Source: Microthyrium microscopicum (Eukaryota). Taken from it: a stretch of 64,000 nucleotides of DNA. Of the stretch, positions 52,718 through 63,036 are shown piece after piece. The translations under genes were made by a program, and so were the position numbers. The stretch spans positions 282,627-346,626 of the forward strand of contig MU004230.1 in NCBI GenBank assembly GCA_010405405.1, read 5' to 3'. The stretch's first letter is position 1. The number at the start of each line of letters is the position of its first letter. The notes under the pieces were generated by a model, which was not told the DNA's origin, did no database searches, and was given only the letters and a program-made list of their open reading frames with translations.

Positions 52718-53530
52718 GATTTAAGAAATTTGATTGATGAAACAGTGCGTTATTGAATCTCTTGAGTCAGACTTCTGGACTATCTTGTAATAATGAGAGG
52801 CTTTATATGTTTCTTTTCCTTCAAGGCTATTTGCTAAAACCCGCCGCGTGACGTGTAATTTGAAATCAACTTCTTCGCATGTGAAATAATAAATCTAATA
52901 ATCAACTCCTGACTGCTCAAAGTGCAAAGAACGAGTCTTCGGGCAATCGTTGGGGTTAGTAAAAAGATTTTGTTTAGTCACGGTGACTTTGCATCTTCGA
53001 CATAGATGGGGCGTCAACATCGCAAGGCTCAGCTTTTAAGATGAACTCTCCTAATGGTCCCCCTATACTTAGCGTTGTAGATGACAGATGTTTTGTATCA
53101 AATCCAGATAATATTCCGCAAACCCGGAATGAATAAGGCAGGTGGTGCTGAGGAGCATAGTCCATCCATCAGTTTCCTTAATTTTGCTGTCTGGATGTGA
53201 TGCTCTTATTCCAATTTCTTAGTCCAGAAAACTCGTTTTTCCAATACATCTGCTTACCAAAGCTTTCACCTTCTTCAAAATAATCAAACAGTGTCGTGGT
53301 CGTGGAGCAAACTTGCAGTGATGACGAGTGGATCCAGCTGCATGAAGCTTCTCCGTGGGGAAGATCGGCGAAAGCTGTCCATCAAGGTCCGTGGAAATGC
53401 TAAAACTAGCAGATTGCCAAAGATATGCTGCCTAAGTCCACTACTTTGATCTAGGATAATCTTCTTGGCTATTTTCTTGCGAATCGTAGATAACACCGAC
53501 GCTATCGCAATACTAGAAAACGGTTCAAAA

Positions 53531-54713
53531 ATGGCAACTTCTACTCCTGGCAATGAGACAGCAATGGATTCTGAGCATTTCTCTCCTTATCGACCAGACG
53601 GGAAGCTTGTAAGTTTCATATCAATCCATTGAACACGATCGTTTTACTGAACTTCAAAATAGTATGGCTTTGTCTGCATCGTAACCGGAGCAACATGGCC
53701 AATTGGCAAAGCTATCACCCTGGAACTGGCAGGTAGGCGCTGAACACTGAATATCGAAAATTTAAAGACCAGTGACTGACAACTAATGTAGCTCATGGAG
53801 CAGCTTGTGTTTATGCCTGCTCAACATCAACAGAAGATGATTACATGGGCTTAGTCGAAGAAGCTGAAAAATTGTACCCCAACACAAAAGTCATTCCATA
53901 TCCATACAAACATGTCGACGAACAAGAGACATTAGCCCTTCTGGATGATGTGCTCAATTCATGGGGCAGACTTGATGTATGGGTCTCGAGCTGTGGACAG
54001 CTTGGACCGCCATCTATCGACGATACTTCGCCAAATGATCTCATTCGATGTTTCGAGTCTAATGCGATGGCGGCATTCTTTGCACTAAAATATGCACCAG
54101 CGGCCATGACGAAAACAACACCCAAAGGCAATTATCCAAATGCAGCCCCGAAAGATGTCAGCTATGGAAGCATTGTTGTCGTCTCAAGTGCAGCGAGCGA
54201 GTATGGTGGTTGCTGGGGACCTTGCTTTACCATGAGTTCACATGCAGCTCTCGGTGTTGTGAGATCAGGAGTCGCCGCTTTGAAAGGTAAGCCAGAATCA
54301 CCTTTCAGAGGATTAGGACTAAAGTGATAACAGGAACTGGCGTTCGAATAAACATGATTTCCCCAGGCCAGATTGATGTGGGTATTGATTTGAAACGTGT
54401 AAGTTTACTTGCGAAAGTTGACGCCTTTAGCTGATAGGTTACAAGTCGGATGTAAGAGGGATGACATCTCAACTCCCCCCTTCAACACTGCAATCAGAAA
54501 AGATTCGGAAAGAAGTCATTGGTCTGGAGAGAGCCGGCTTACCTACTGAAGTAGGCAGAGTAGCTGGCTTTCTCGCAAGTGGTTTCAGCAGCTATATCAC
54601 TGGCGCAAATCTTGTCGTAGATGGAGGAGCAACGTAAGTTATCGGCTTTTATATTGGGTTCTTTGAGCTAACTCTCCTTTAGTGTGATGAATCCTCTAAC
54701 TCTTCCGGTCTAG
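53531..54713 (+). CDS. Short-chain dehydrogenase/reductase, atypical active site
   Basis: CIVTGATWPIG, WGRLDVWV, GSIVVVSS, GVRINMISPG and SYITGANLVVDGG; five introns. Confidence 0.88.
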
Positions 54714-54813
54714 AATGATGTCTTAGATCTCCAATACTTCAAAATTTCGTATTGGTAACTTCTTCACGCATGCGACGACATGGGAAAGAGCAGATACGAT
54801 CATCTGTTAGCGG

Positions 54814-55589
54814 TCATGATGATCTTGCCGCATCATGTTTCTTTAGCGCATCCGGGCCAAAAGACATTGGAAGAAGCTGTAAAGTAAAGTCAATAAGCAA
54901 TACATGAAGAGATGTTCGAAGACTTACATCGCCCAAAGTCTTGACAGTGTACTTTCCGTCTTTATTAAACATGAAAATTGGAACCGAGAGATCGCAGAAT
55001 TCCCGAATGAACTGTCGACACATTCCACAAGGACTGCATGGCTCATCAATATTCGTTGAGACTGCTATGGCCTTAAAGTCCCCAAGGCCCAATCCAGAGA
55101 ATATGGCGGTGCCGAAAGCAACTCTTTCGGCGCATGTTCCAACAGGATAAGCCGCATTTTCGATATTAGCTCCTGATATGGTCGATCCTAATGGTGTAGA
55201 TTTGTTGAGAAGTAAAGTACAGCCAACGTTGAATTTGGAGTATGGGCCTGTGATGAGTGAGTGCATTGTCCAAAGGTACGGAGTCAACTATAGCAGATTG
55301 GAGGATCCGCTTTTCGAATGCTCAATGTACACTATCCGATCACTAGATAAGAGCGACTGGCTTTGACGGCAAATGGGTGATACCATAGATCGTGCACTGC
55401 TCAGTGAAATTTTTTATGAAAAGGACGTACAAAGGAGCATTCGAAGGGATACATGTCCTAGATTAGGCTTTTCACAGGTGAGAACTAACAGTATGCCTTT
55501 GCTTTGGCAGCTGTGGCTTCTTTTGATAGCTGTTCGATTTCTTGAACCGTCAGTCCGTGAACATTGGAGCTATCGTCAAGTCCTGACAT
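54814..55589 (-). CDS. CDD1: Cytidine deaminase (homotetrameric type)
   Basis: Spliced AKAYCPYSKFNVG, GANIENAAY, CAERVA, SPCGMCRQ and LLPMSFGP; intron 1 at 55489-55248, intron 2 near 54927-54877. Confidence 0.94.
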
Positions 55590-55993
55590 TTTGGTGAAAG
55601 TGAAAATCAGCACTAGAACAAAATATCAGATTGTTGATGTATGGAAACTAGAAGAGTGAGGAATGCTTCAATACCTCGACTGAAGTAGAGCATGTGGGAT
55701 GAATGCGGGTATCAGCGGGCCGATAGCTCACTTGAAGCTGCGAGTTACACGAAGTTTGGTCACAAAACCCCTTAGGAACCAGTTCGTAGTTTTCAAAAAA
55801 ACTCCAAGGAAAAAGTTCAGGATATTATTGTTAAGATATGGAAAGCGGAGACAAACCACCGCACAAATAGCTAAAGGAATGGTTTTGAACAGAACGAAGC
55901 AGGGGACATGGCATGGACAATGATCATCATGTCTTTGCTCAAAAAGAGGACAGTGTCAAAATTTATATCAAGAACACAGCGAGGAAATTGGAA

Positions 55994-56815
55994 TCATTTG
56001 ACAAAGGGCCTACCACCTGGAAGCTTGACGATCAAAACCATGGTACTGTTCTAGGAAACATGTGAGCCGAAGTAATTATAAGTATTCCAGCGCAGAAACC
56101 AGTACTTACCTCCTGTATATCATAATCGGCCAGCGTTAGATCTGTATATCACTGATCAATGATATACTCCCTCAACGTCATCTCTAGAAAAACTTACTAC
56201 GCCCTTTTGCAAGCTGCTTGCCTCCGAAAATCAGCCCCACAGAGTCGGTGTTGACGGCCTTTTCGTTTTTGATTCGTTCAAAGAGTTGCTCCACACTGGT
56301 GGTAACGGGAACATCATTAAGGGTGTAAGTTCGATGAGCATCCTGAACGAAGACATTTTTCAAGACCCGACCCTCATAAGGAGGTGGAGCAATCTCATTA
56401 TTGGGTGGATCTTGAGTCACGACTGTAGGTGGCCGGATTGAAGGGTCGCGTCCAGCGCTGTCAACTCTTGTGATGGTATCATCCTATCGTCATATAAGTC
56501 CAAGTTGATCGAGGCGACTTCTAATCCAAAGACTTACATCTCGGATGTTGTAAGAAGATAGCGGCTTGTCTGAGGATACTGTTAGCATATGGAGCCACAA
56601 GGTTCAAGTATTTACTTAACTTCATTCATTTCTTCCCCAAATACCATGAGGTTGAGGTCCAAAGGGTTTACATAACGTCCCTCTTGTCTTTGAATTCTCA
56701 TAGTAACTAAGCTCTTGAATCGGCTGAGGCCCATCTGTCTCGGAAGACCAGAGAATTCGAATTTCTGGGAGCCATCCAGAGAGACAACGTTGATGTTATC
56801 AAAAACGTCGTCCAT
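55994..56815 (-). CDS. Tandem ubiquitin-like (two-UBL) protein ending ...KLPGG-RPFVK
   Basis: UBL1 has LNLMVFGEEM..DKPLSSYNIRDDDTI; UBL2 has LIFGGKQL...LTLADYDIQENSTMVLIVKLPGG. Four introns; the first needs a non-GT donor. Confidence 0.7.
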
Positions 56816-57625
56816 GCTCAATCAAATCGAGAGACTAGATACGTATGTTTTAGAATAGCGAAAAAGAATTCAGGTACTGGTTTGCACTATGTTTTCAAGG
56901 CTGGGGGTTGAGAAGAAGATATCAAGCTTCAGAGAATGACAGTCACTGCCAAATTATCTGCCAGCCTGCGCCAGAAATGTTTTCTGGATCTCTAATGTTC
57001 TATTACGTGGTTCGAAAGAGGGGAATCGTGAATGGCTCGTACTGGAAGGCTGGATCCGGCGAATGGAACAGTGCTCAACTTGCGCCTTGTCAATTGTTGG
57101 CTCTCGTATGGCAGACTATTCTATGGCCTTATCTAACAGCCAAGCCTCTAGTCTGCAATGCACTTCGGTGAAGATGAGCCTGAAACAGGGTCGCGTTGTT
57201 TTTGGTCAGAGTCGCTTCCATGCATCTGCCGATATGCCTTCCAAGGCTGGATCGGCCTTGGTGGCGGAGCACGTTGTTAGCTTAGCATCAGGCTGAATAT
57301 TTTGCGATACCATTCTATCTTCTTACAGAGTTTCAAAAACAAATCATATGAGAGAATAAACCTTTAGAACTACCATAGGGCGTTATGAGCTTTTCTGAAA
57401 GGCTTTGCTGGATACTCCAAGCATGCATTTGTGTGAAGTCAATCAGCCTACGCTACGTGTCTCGACTTGCTCTTTCTTGATCGCCAAGGAGTTTGAGGCC
57501 GCCTCATTATCTTTCATGTGCAGCCTGGTTATCTCATAACTCATTTCAGACGCTGTGAGTTACTATTGACGGACAATTGTTGAGCAGTCAAACCCAACCG
57601 CATTCGATACAGCGAAGCAAGAGCA

Positions 57626-59185
57626 ATGGCAGAAGAAGAAGCTTTTGAGAACTGGAAAATATGTCACAAAGTCAACATTCAGTTCCATCAAAAGCAAGAA
57701 GTTTTAGACCAGGAAACATCAAAGAAATCTCGATGCATATGGTGCAAGAACTCAGAGGACATGGACGGCTCACTACGTTCCAACTTCTCGTCTACTGTTG
57801 TTCAGTGTCTAGCTGAACATAAACCGACCGACCCCTGGGCTACGTTGACTTGTCCGGATTGCGAGGTTGATTTAGTGCAGAGGATAAGTGAGCGAAAACA
57901 GGAATGCTTTGCAGAAGGATGTCGCCGGCTAGTACAAGTTGATCAGTGGAAGGTTAAACAGCGATTAGGTCCATCTGAACTGACTGATTCGTAAGTCAGT
58001 TCTCAGGAAATACTTCCAAGTATTTGGCACTGACTGAAAATAGATACCTCAGGCTTCTGAACAAATTCGCCGTCATTTCTTGCGAAATGTGCTTCGACGA
58101 TATTCCGATTGAAGAAATCACATCCCACACAGCGACTCCGCAGTGCCAACACGACCCTACAATGTGTGGCGACTGTTTATCACGCTATGTCACACATGAG
58201 ATTGAGACCGGAAATTGGCAATGTATAAAATGTCCAGATCGTCTATGTTCTCAAGAACTAAAAGGTCGCGACATTCGGGATCTAGTATCCATAGATGTCT
58301 TCAAAGTGTCAGTGATCCTCAGGACTATGTTTTGTGTTGCTCTTTGACTGACCATCGCAGCTATGATGATCAAATAACAAGGTCAAATTTGGCGAAAAAT
58401 CCTAATTTCAGATGGTGCATTGGAAAATGCGGTAACGGACAACTGGTCGCAGGTGTTCCAGATATGCCTCCACTAGAAGTCGTACCTCCAGCAACAGCTG
58501 AAAAGAAAAGCTTAGTTGGAAGCAAAGCCACCAGGAAGCGACAGAGTATATTTGGCGCTGTTCATCAAACCAGAAATGATAGAGGCCGTCACTTTCTCAT
58601 GCCGCCTGAGGTTGATGGTGTAAATACACCTAAAGCCAAAGCACCAACCTTGAGAGACGTCCAAGCAGCACAATGGCGATGTACAAAATGTTCTAAGTTG
58701 AACTGCTTTAGATGTAAAGAAGAAGCACATCCAGGAGAAACCTGTGAGCAGTCTCGTCAATTAAATCCACTCAGGGGCGATAATGAAAGAGAAAGAAAAC
58801 GAGTATCTAAGAAATGCCCGAAAAAGTGGTGTGGAAGATATATTGGCAAGACTTACGGTTGTGTTCATATGCATTGTAATCCCAAGATTGGTAGGTTGTT
58901 CTACGACTCTGTGCTTTCGCATCATTCATTCTAACTAAAGTTTTAGGCGGTTGCGGTGTAAAGTTTTGCTGGAAATGTAAAGTGATCTTTCCGAAGATAA
59001 ATGACTCGGAAATGTATCATTCATGGCAGTACAAGCATTTGAATACATGTCCGATGTTAGGGGGAAAGTATGAAACCACGGGAACGATGGCCGCACCCGG
59101 TGCTAGCGACGCACAGTATGAGGCGGACTGGAGTATAGACCCTTTATATGAGTCTGGAGATTCAGGAAGTGAGCAATGGAGATAG
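57626..59185 (+). CDS. RBR (RING1-IBR-RING2) E3 ubiquitin ligase
   Basis: CEMC...CQH...CGDC...CPDRLC (RING1); FRWCIGKCGNG...CTKC...CFRC...HPGETC (IBR); KKCP...GCVHMHC...CGVKFCWKC (RING2); introns ~57991-58043, ~58309-58360 and ~58890-58946. Confidence 0.9.
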
Positions 59186-59491
59186 TTGAATATACTCAAA
59201 ATGTATCAGTTTGTCGAAACTCGGGTTGTGGTCAAATCACCAACAGTTGAGGTTCAAGATAGATCTGCAACGAGAGAAACGAACAGCATAGCACTAGCGG
59301 GGACCTACAGAGACATTGCTTCTGTTGAGCGTGGTATAACAATCAATGTTGATTACTGGATCTCATTATATTTATTAGGTTATCTTCCACTATGCTACCT
59401 CGGAGCTAAGGTGACAACCAATCTGTCAAAGCGGTTCTGCTACGCATGGTTAGCATACCGGGGAATAGATATATAGGAGCATTCAAACTTA

Positions 59492-60367
59492 CTACGCGGC
59501 TCCATCCTCATCATCGTCAGATATCATAGCTCTCCAAAGGTGATCCAGCATCGAGATGACAGCGGAGAGTCCAATCAATGCGCCCGTCGTCTTCGCTGAC
59601 GGACAGAATGCTGAGCTATCAAGCATAGGGACAGCTACCCAGATTACAAAGCTTAGTATCATGCGAATAAAGTTGAGGAGACTTGACAGGACCACAAATT
59701 TGGCGTACGCCTTGGCCTTGAGTTCTATGTCTGGCAGAACATACACAAGGACAAAGACCTGGAAGGCAAAAAGAGCGATACCAAATTTTGAACCATCCCT
59801 CATTCGAATATATCCAGTATGTTCAGCTGATGTGATGTCGCGTTGATGATTCATCCAGATCCTCTGAGGTGCAAGTGACTTTTGCATCAGAACAAATAAG
59901 CCAATGCTAAAAAAGCCTAGAAAAGACTCGATATACTGGTTCTCCATAGCATTGAGCGCAAACATGTGATAGTCTGACATTGAGATCAAAGTGAGAAAAG
60001 AACTCGGCTGAGGCCTTGCAACCCAAATCAGGAAGGCGTTTCTGAATGTGATAGAGGTGGCGGCTTTGGTCAGGATTGTGGCTGCGAAAACATTCTCGAG
60101 AATAAGCCGCAGCAGATAGTGACCAATTTGAAAGAGCGTCCTCCATAGAAATAGATTGCGCTTGTTTGGATTCTTCTTTAGTCTAGGACTCCGAATAGAT
60201 ATTTTCTCTCTGAGAATGGAATTTCCGAGAATGAATTGGCATAATGCGGGAGCAATCCAGAGCGTCAAATGAAATAGAATCATACTTTGTGGAGTATTGC
60301 AAATCCCATTTTCCTCCTGAATTTCAAAGAATCTTGTTGCTGGCTGAACATCGTTGTTGGTCGTCAT
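59492..60367 (-). CDS. Uncharacterised multi-pass membrane protein
   Basis: 291-aa ORF with about 6-7 hydrophobic segments; true start uncertain. Confidence 0.7.
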   Translation of the reverse strand: MTTNNDVQPATRFFEIQEENGICNTPQSMILFHLTLWIAPALCQFILGNSILREKISIRSPRLKKNPNKRNLFLWRTLFQIGHYLLRLILENVFAATILTKAATSITFRNAFLIWVARPQPSSFLTLISMSDYHMFALNAMENQYIESFLGFFSIGLFVLMQKSLAPQRIWMNHQRDITSAEHTGYIRMRDGSKFGIALFAFQVFVLVYVLPDIELKAKAYAKFVVLSSLLNFIRMILSFVIWVAVPMLDSSAFCPSAKTTGALIGLSAVISMLDHLWRAMISDDDEDGAA

Positions 60368-60753
60368 TTCTGAATAACTTCCACCCTCTGCGAATATTGG
60401 GTTTGCTTCAGTCCAGGACTCAAATTCAAGTCGTCAAAGAACTTCCAAGTAATGAAGAAGTTTGGAACAGAAATATCGCAAGGCTTAGTTGAGACTAAGG
60501 TACCGTTCTGTTTCAAGTTCTCAATCATCCCACACAGCCTTGTGGCCTGTCTGCGCTGGCCTACGCCTTGCTTTTCATCTGCATCAGGCTGCAGAAGATT
60601 AGCGTCGAAATGGGTGTCCGCCTCGCCTGATTCTGCCAGCCGAACAGAGCACAGCCTACCCATACTGTCTTTTATGATGCTTTTGCACGGAAGCTGCTTT
60701 CGGCGACAATCAGAAGCCCCGCAACTTATCTCGACTTTGACAGTCTTCGTCAT
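60364..60753 (-). CDS. Cys-rich ORF, possibly the 5' part of the downstream membrane-protein gene
   Basis: 129-aa ORF with several Cys residues; overlaps the next ORF by ATGA. Confidence 0.3.
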   Translation of the reverse strand: MTKTVKVEISCGASDCRRKQLPCKSIIKDSMGRLCSVRLAESGEADTHFDANLLQPDADEKQGVGQRRQATRLCGMIENLKQNGTLVSTKPCDISVPNFFITWKFFDDLNLSPGLKQTQYSQRVEVIQK

Positions 60754-60777
60754 TGTTCAACGCTCACTCTCTCCCAG

Positions 60778-61341
60778 ATGGCTCCTCTGGTGAATGGTCA
60801 GGTCATCAAACGCTCGAACCTTGCAAGTGGGAAAAATCTCGGATTCTGGACGTCTCTAGGGATCTTGATAAGCATCATATTTTTTGCTTCTCTATTATTC
60901 GCCTTCAATGTCTGGAAAAAGTATCCACTGCGACGACTCAAAAACTTAGAGGTATCGGACAGCGAGCAGAAAAAACAGCTTACTCTATTGAGGAATGAAG
61001 TAACCACGTTGGAAACCACCAAGTCTAGACTGGAAAACACGATCACTGGGAAAGATGCACTTATGCTACACAAAGATATTACGATATCAAGAAAGGATGC
61101 TTTAATCAACACAAAAGATACTGAAATCGCAAGATTGAATCCTTTCGAGCATGAAGCCAACACTCTGCGACCCCAGATTGGCGAACTCAAAGACGAAATC
61201 CGCGACCTTCAGAGAGAGCTTCAGACATCCAAAAGTGCAACATCTTCGGAGAAAGCACGGAATACTCAAATCGCTCGTCGGTTGGTTTTCGTAACCAGTG
61301 AGCTGGCTGAGCTCCAACAGAAAGGCAGCAAATGGTGGTAG
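60778..61341 (+). CDS. Single-TM coiled-coil orphan protein
   Basis: 187-aa ORF: hydrophobic helix (LGILISIIFFASLLFAF) followed by heptad-rich region with KD..I repeats. Confidence 0.6.
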   Translation: MAPLVNGQVIKRSNLASGKNLGFWTSLGILISIIFFASLLFAFNVWKKYPLRRLKNLEVSDSEQKKQLTLLRNEVTTLETTKSRLENTITGKDALMLHKDITISRKDALINTKDTEIARLNPFEHEANTLRPQIGELKDEIRDLQRELQTSKSATSSEKARNTQIARRLVFVTSELAELQQKGSKWW

Positions 61342-62199
61342 ACTCTTACTCGGAATGCAGTTTTTCTCACGCTGACTACACGCGTAGTAGTTGATTGTGG
61401 TTTTACAGCTGGCGCGTTATAGCCCTCGCTGTCACCGAAGTCTACTAGAAAGGTTGTGGGGCGCCAAGCAGCTACCTCACTGCCCACCAGCTGATGCCCA
61501 GGAAGCCTTCGAAAGAGAGCAACAGCCAAAGGAGACGAATGAAACCCCAGGCTTATGGAATTTGACAGTAGGCACTCGAAAGAGGGCTGTTTTGATGACA
61601 CTTTCGCAGATTGTCTTAGCAGATACTGACTGAGACTTTGACTGGTGGCAGGCCGCAGTATTATCTCTTGCGCCAAATCAAGATGGAAAACATGACAACT
61701 TAAGATACATGTACACTTATGTTGTTATATCGGATGTGGACCGGTTGCAAATTCTCCCATCAGTGAACGCTGAAGCATGGGAGGCAATACCAAGTCCGAG
61801 CAAGTGAGAAGTGTTTCTGCTGTTAAACATCATGGTAGGCAGAACTGTATGATTCACAAGCTGAGAGATGAATATGTTTCTCCCAGATCTCATAAACATT
61901 TGTCAATACAAAGAATGTTGAGCAAAGTGGTTAAACGTGAAGAGATGGAATGTTGTAGCAATACCATTTTGTAAACTAAGCAGTAGATCAGTATGATTTC
62001 TACACCGAACTGAGCTTTGGAAGCGGAATGAACAACTCGGGTTTATTGCATGGATCTTGACGCAAAAAGCTCTGCGGATTTGCAAAATGAACGGCGTGCG
62101 ATGTTTGATATTTGCCACGGTTCAAATCAAAGCCTTTTTGGAGTCTGAGCAGATGATAAGGCTGAGGCACTAAGGCAATCACGGAACTAGCCGCAGGCA

Positions 62200-62917
62200 C
62201 ATTAGCGGCGGTCTATGGGGCTGAACAATGGTTGACGGAGTGTTGGTAGAGAATTACTGGTGATTAATAGTAATATTGCAATAACGCTTAATTAAGTAAG
62301 CGTTGGGATTACTTACTATTAATCCTATCTTATGGTTGGTGAATAGTAAGCAAAATAACTGTTTGAAAGCGATAAACGTTTGTTGATAATAAACGTTTAG
62401 CGCTATTATAAAGGTTTATAGTAAGCTTAAAGCTAAGAGCTATAGATCTACTATATAACCAGGATGTTTATAATTCTATCTTTAGTTTAGCTTATAGTAA
62501 CTAATAATAAACGTATTTTTTGCATGCTTATAAAACTAGTCTAGCCCTATTATGACGTAGCTTCTTCTATATTTAACCTTATTCTTTGTAAGCTTCTAAA
62601 GTTCTCTATTCCGTGTTTAATTCCTGCGACCGTAGCATTTTGAAAATCCTTAGAAATAGGCCTGCTAGCTAGAAATAGCTAGCTATCTTTTTACTAATTA
62701 TCTTTGGTTGCTTATTTAGTAGATTTGGGCGCTAAACGTTTATTATCTGTAAACGTTTATCAACACAAACTGGTATCGGCTTTAAACGGTTATTACTTAG
62801 CACGTTTGCAAAATTCATTGGAGTATTAACCGTTGTTATAGCGCAAACGTTCAGCTTACATAACCGTTCCTCAACTGCTAACTAACCGTTCTCCAGGCCC
62901 ATAGACCGCCGCTAATG
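62200..62917. mobile_element. Non-autonomous TIR element (MITE-like), RIP-affected
   Basis: Perfect 20-bp inverted repeat CATTAGCGGCGGTCTATGGG (62200-62219) / CCCATAGACCGCCGCTAATG (62898-62917), extending imperfectly to ~35 bp; AT-rich TpA-rich interior with repeated AAACGTT motifs; no ORF. Confidence 0.88.
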
Positions 62918-63036
62918 CATTAAACGCTCTGACCTGATATCGTGAACTTTGGTCGCGTCAAACCTGCCAGTCTAAACTCGCGACAGCTGCAATATCATCC
63001 ACCAACCTACAAATTACTCCGTCAAAAACTGCAGGT

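Noticed and set aside
55248..55489. TPP riboswitch in the CDD1 intron
   Set aside because: The conserved aptamer motifs (CTGAGA, GATAATACCAGCG-like) are absent.
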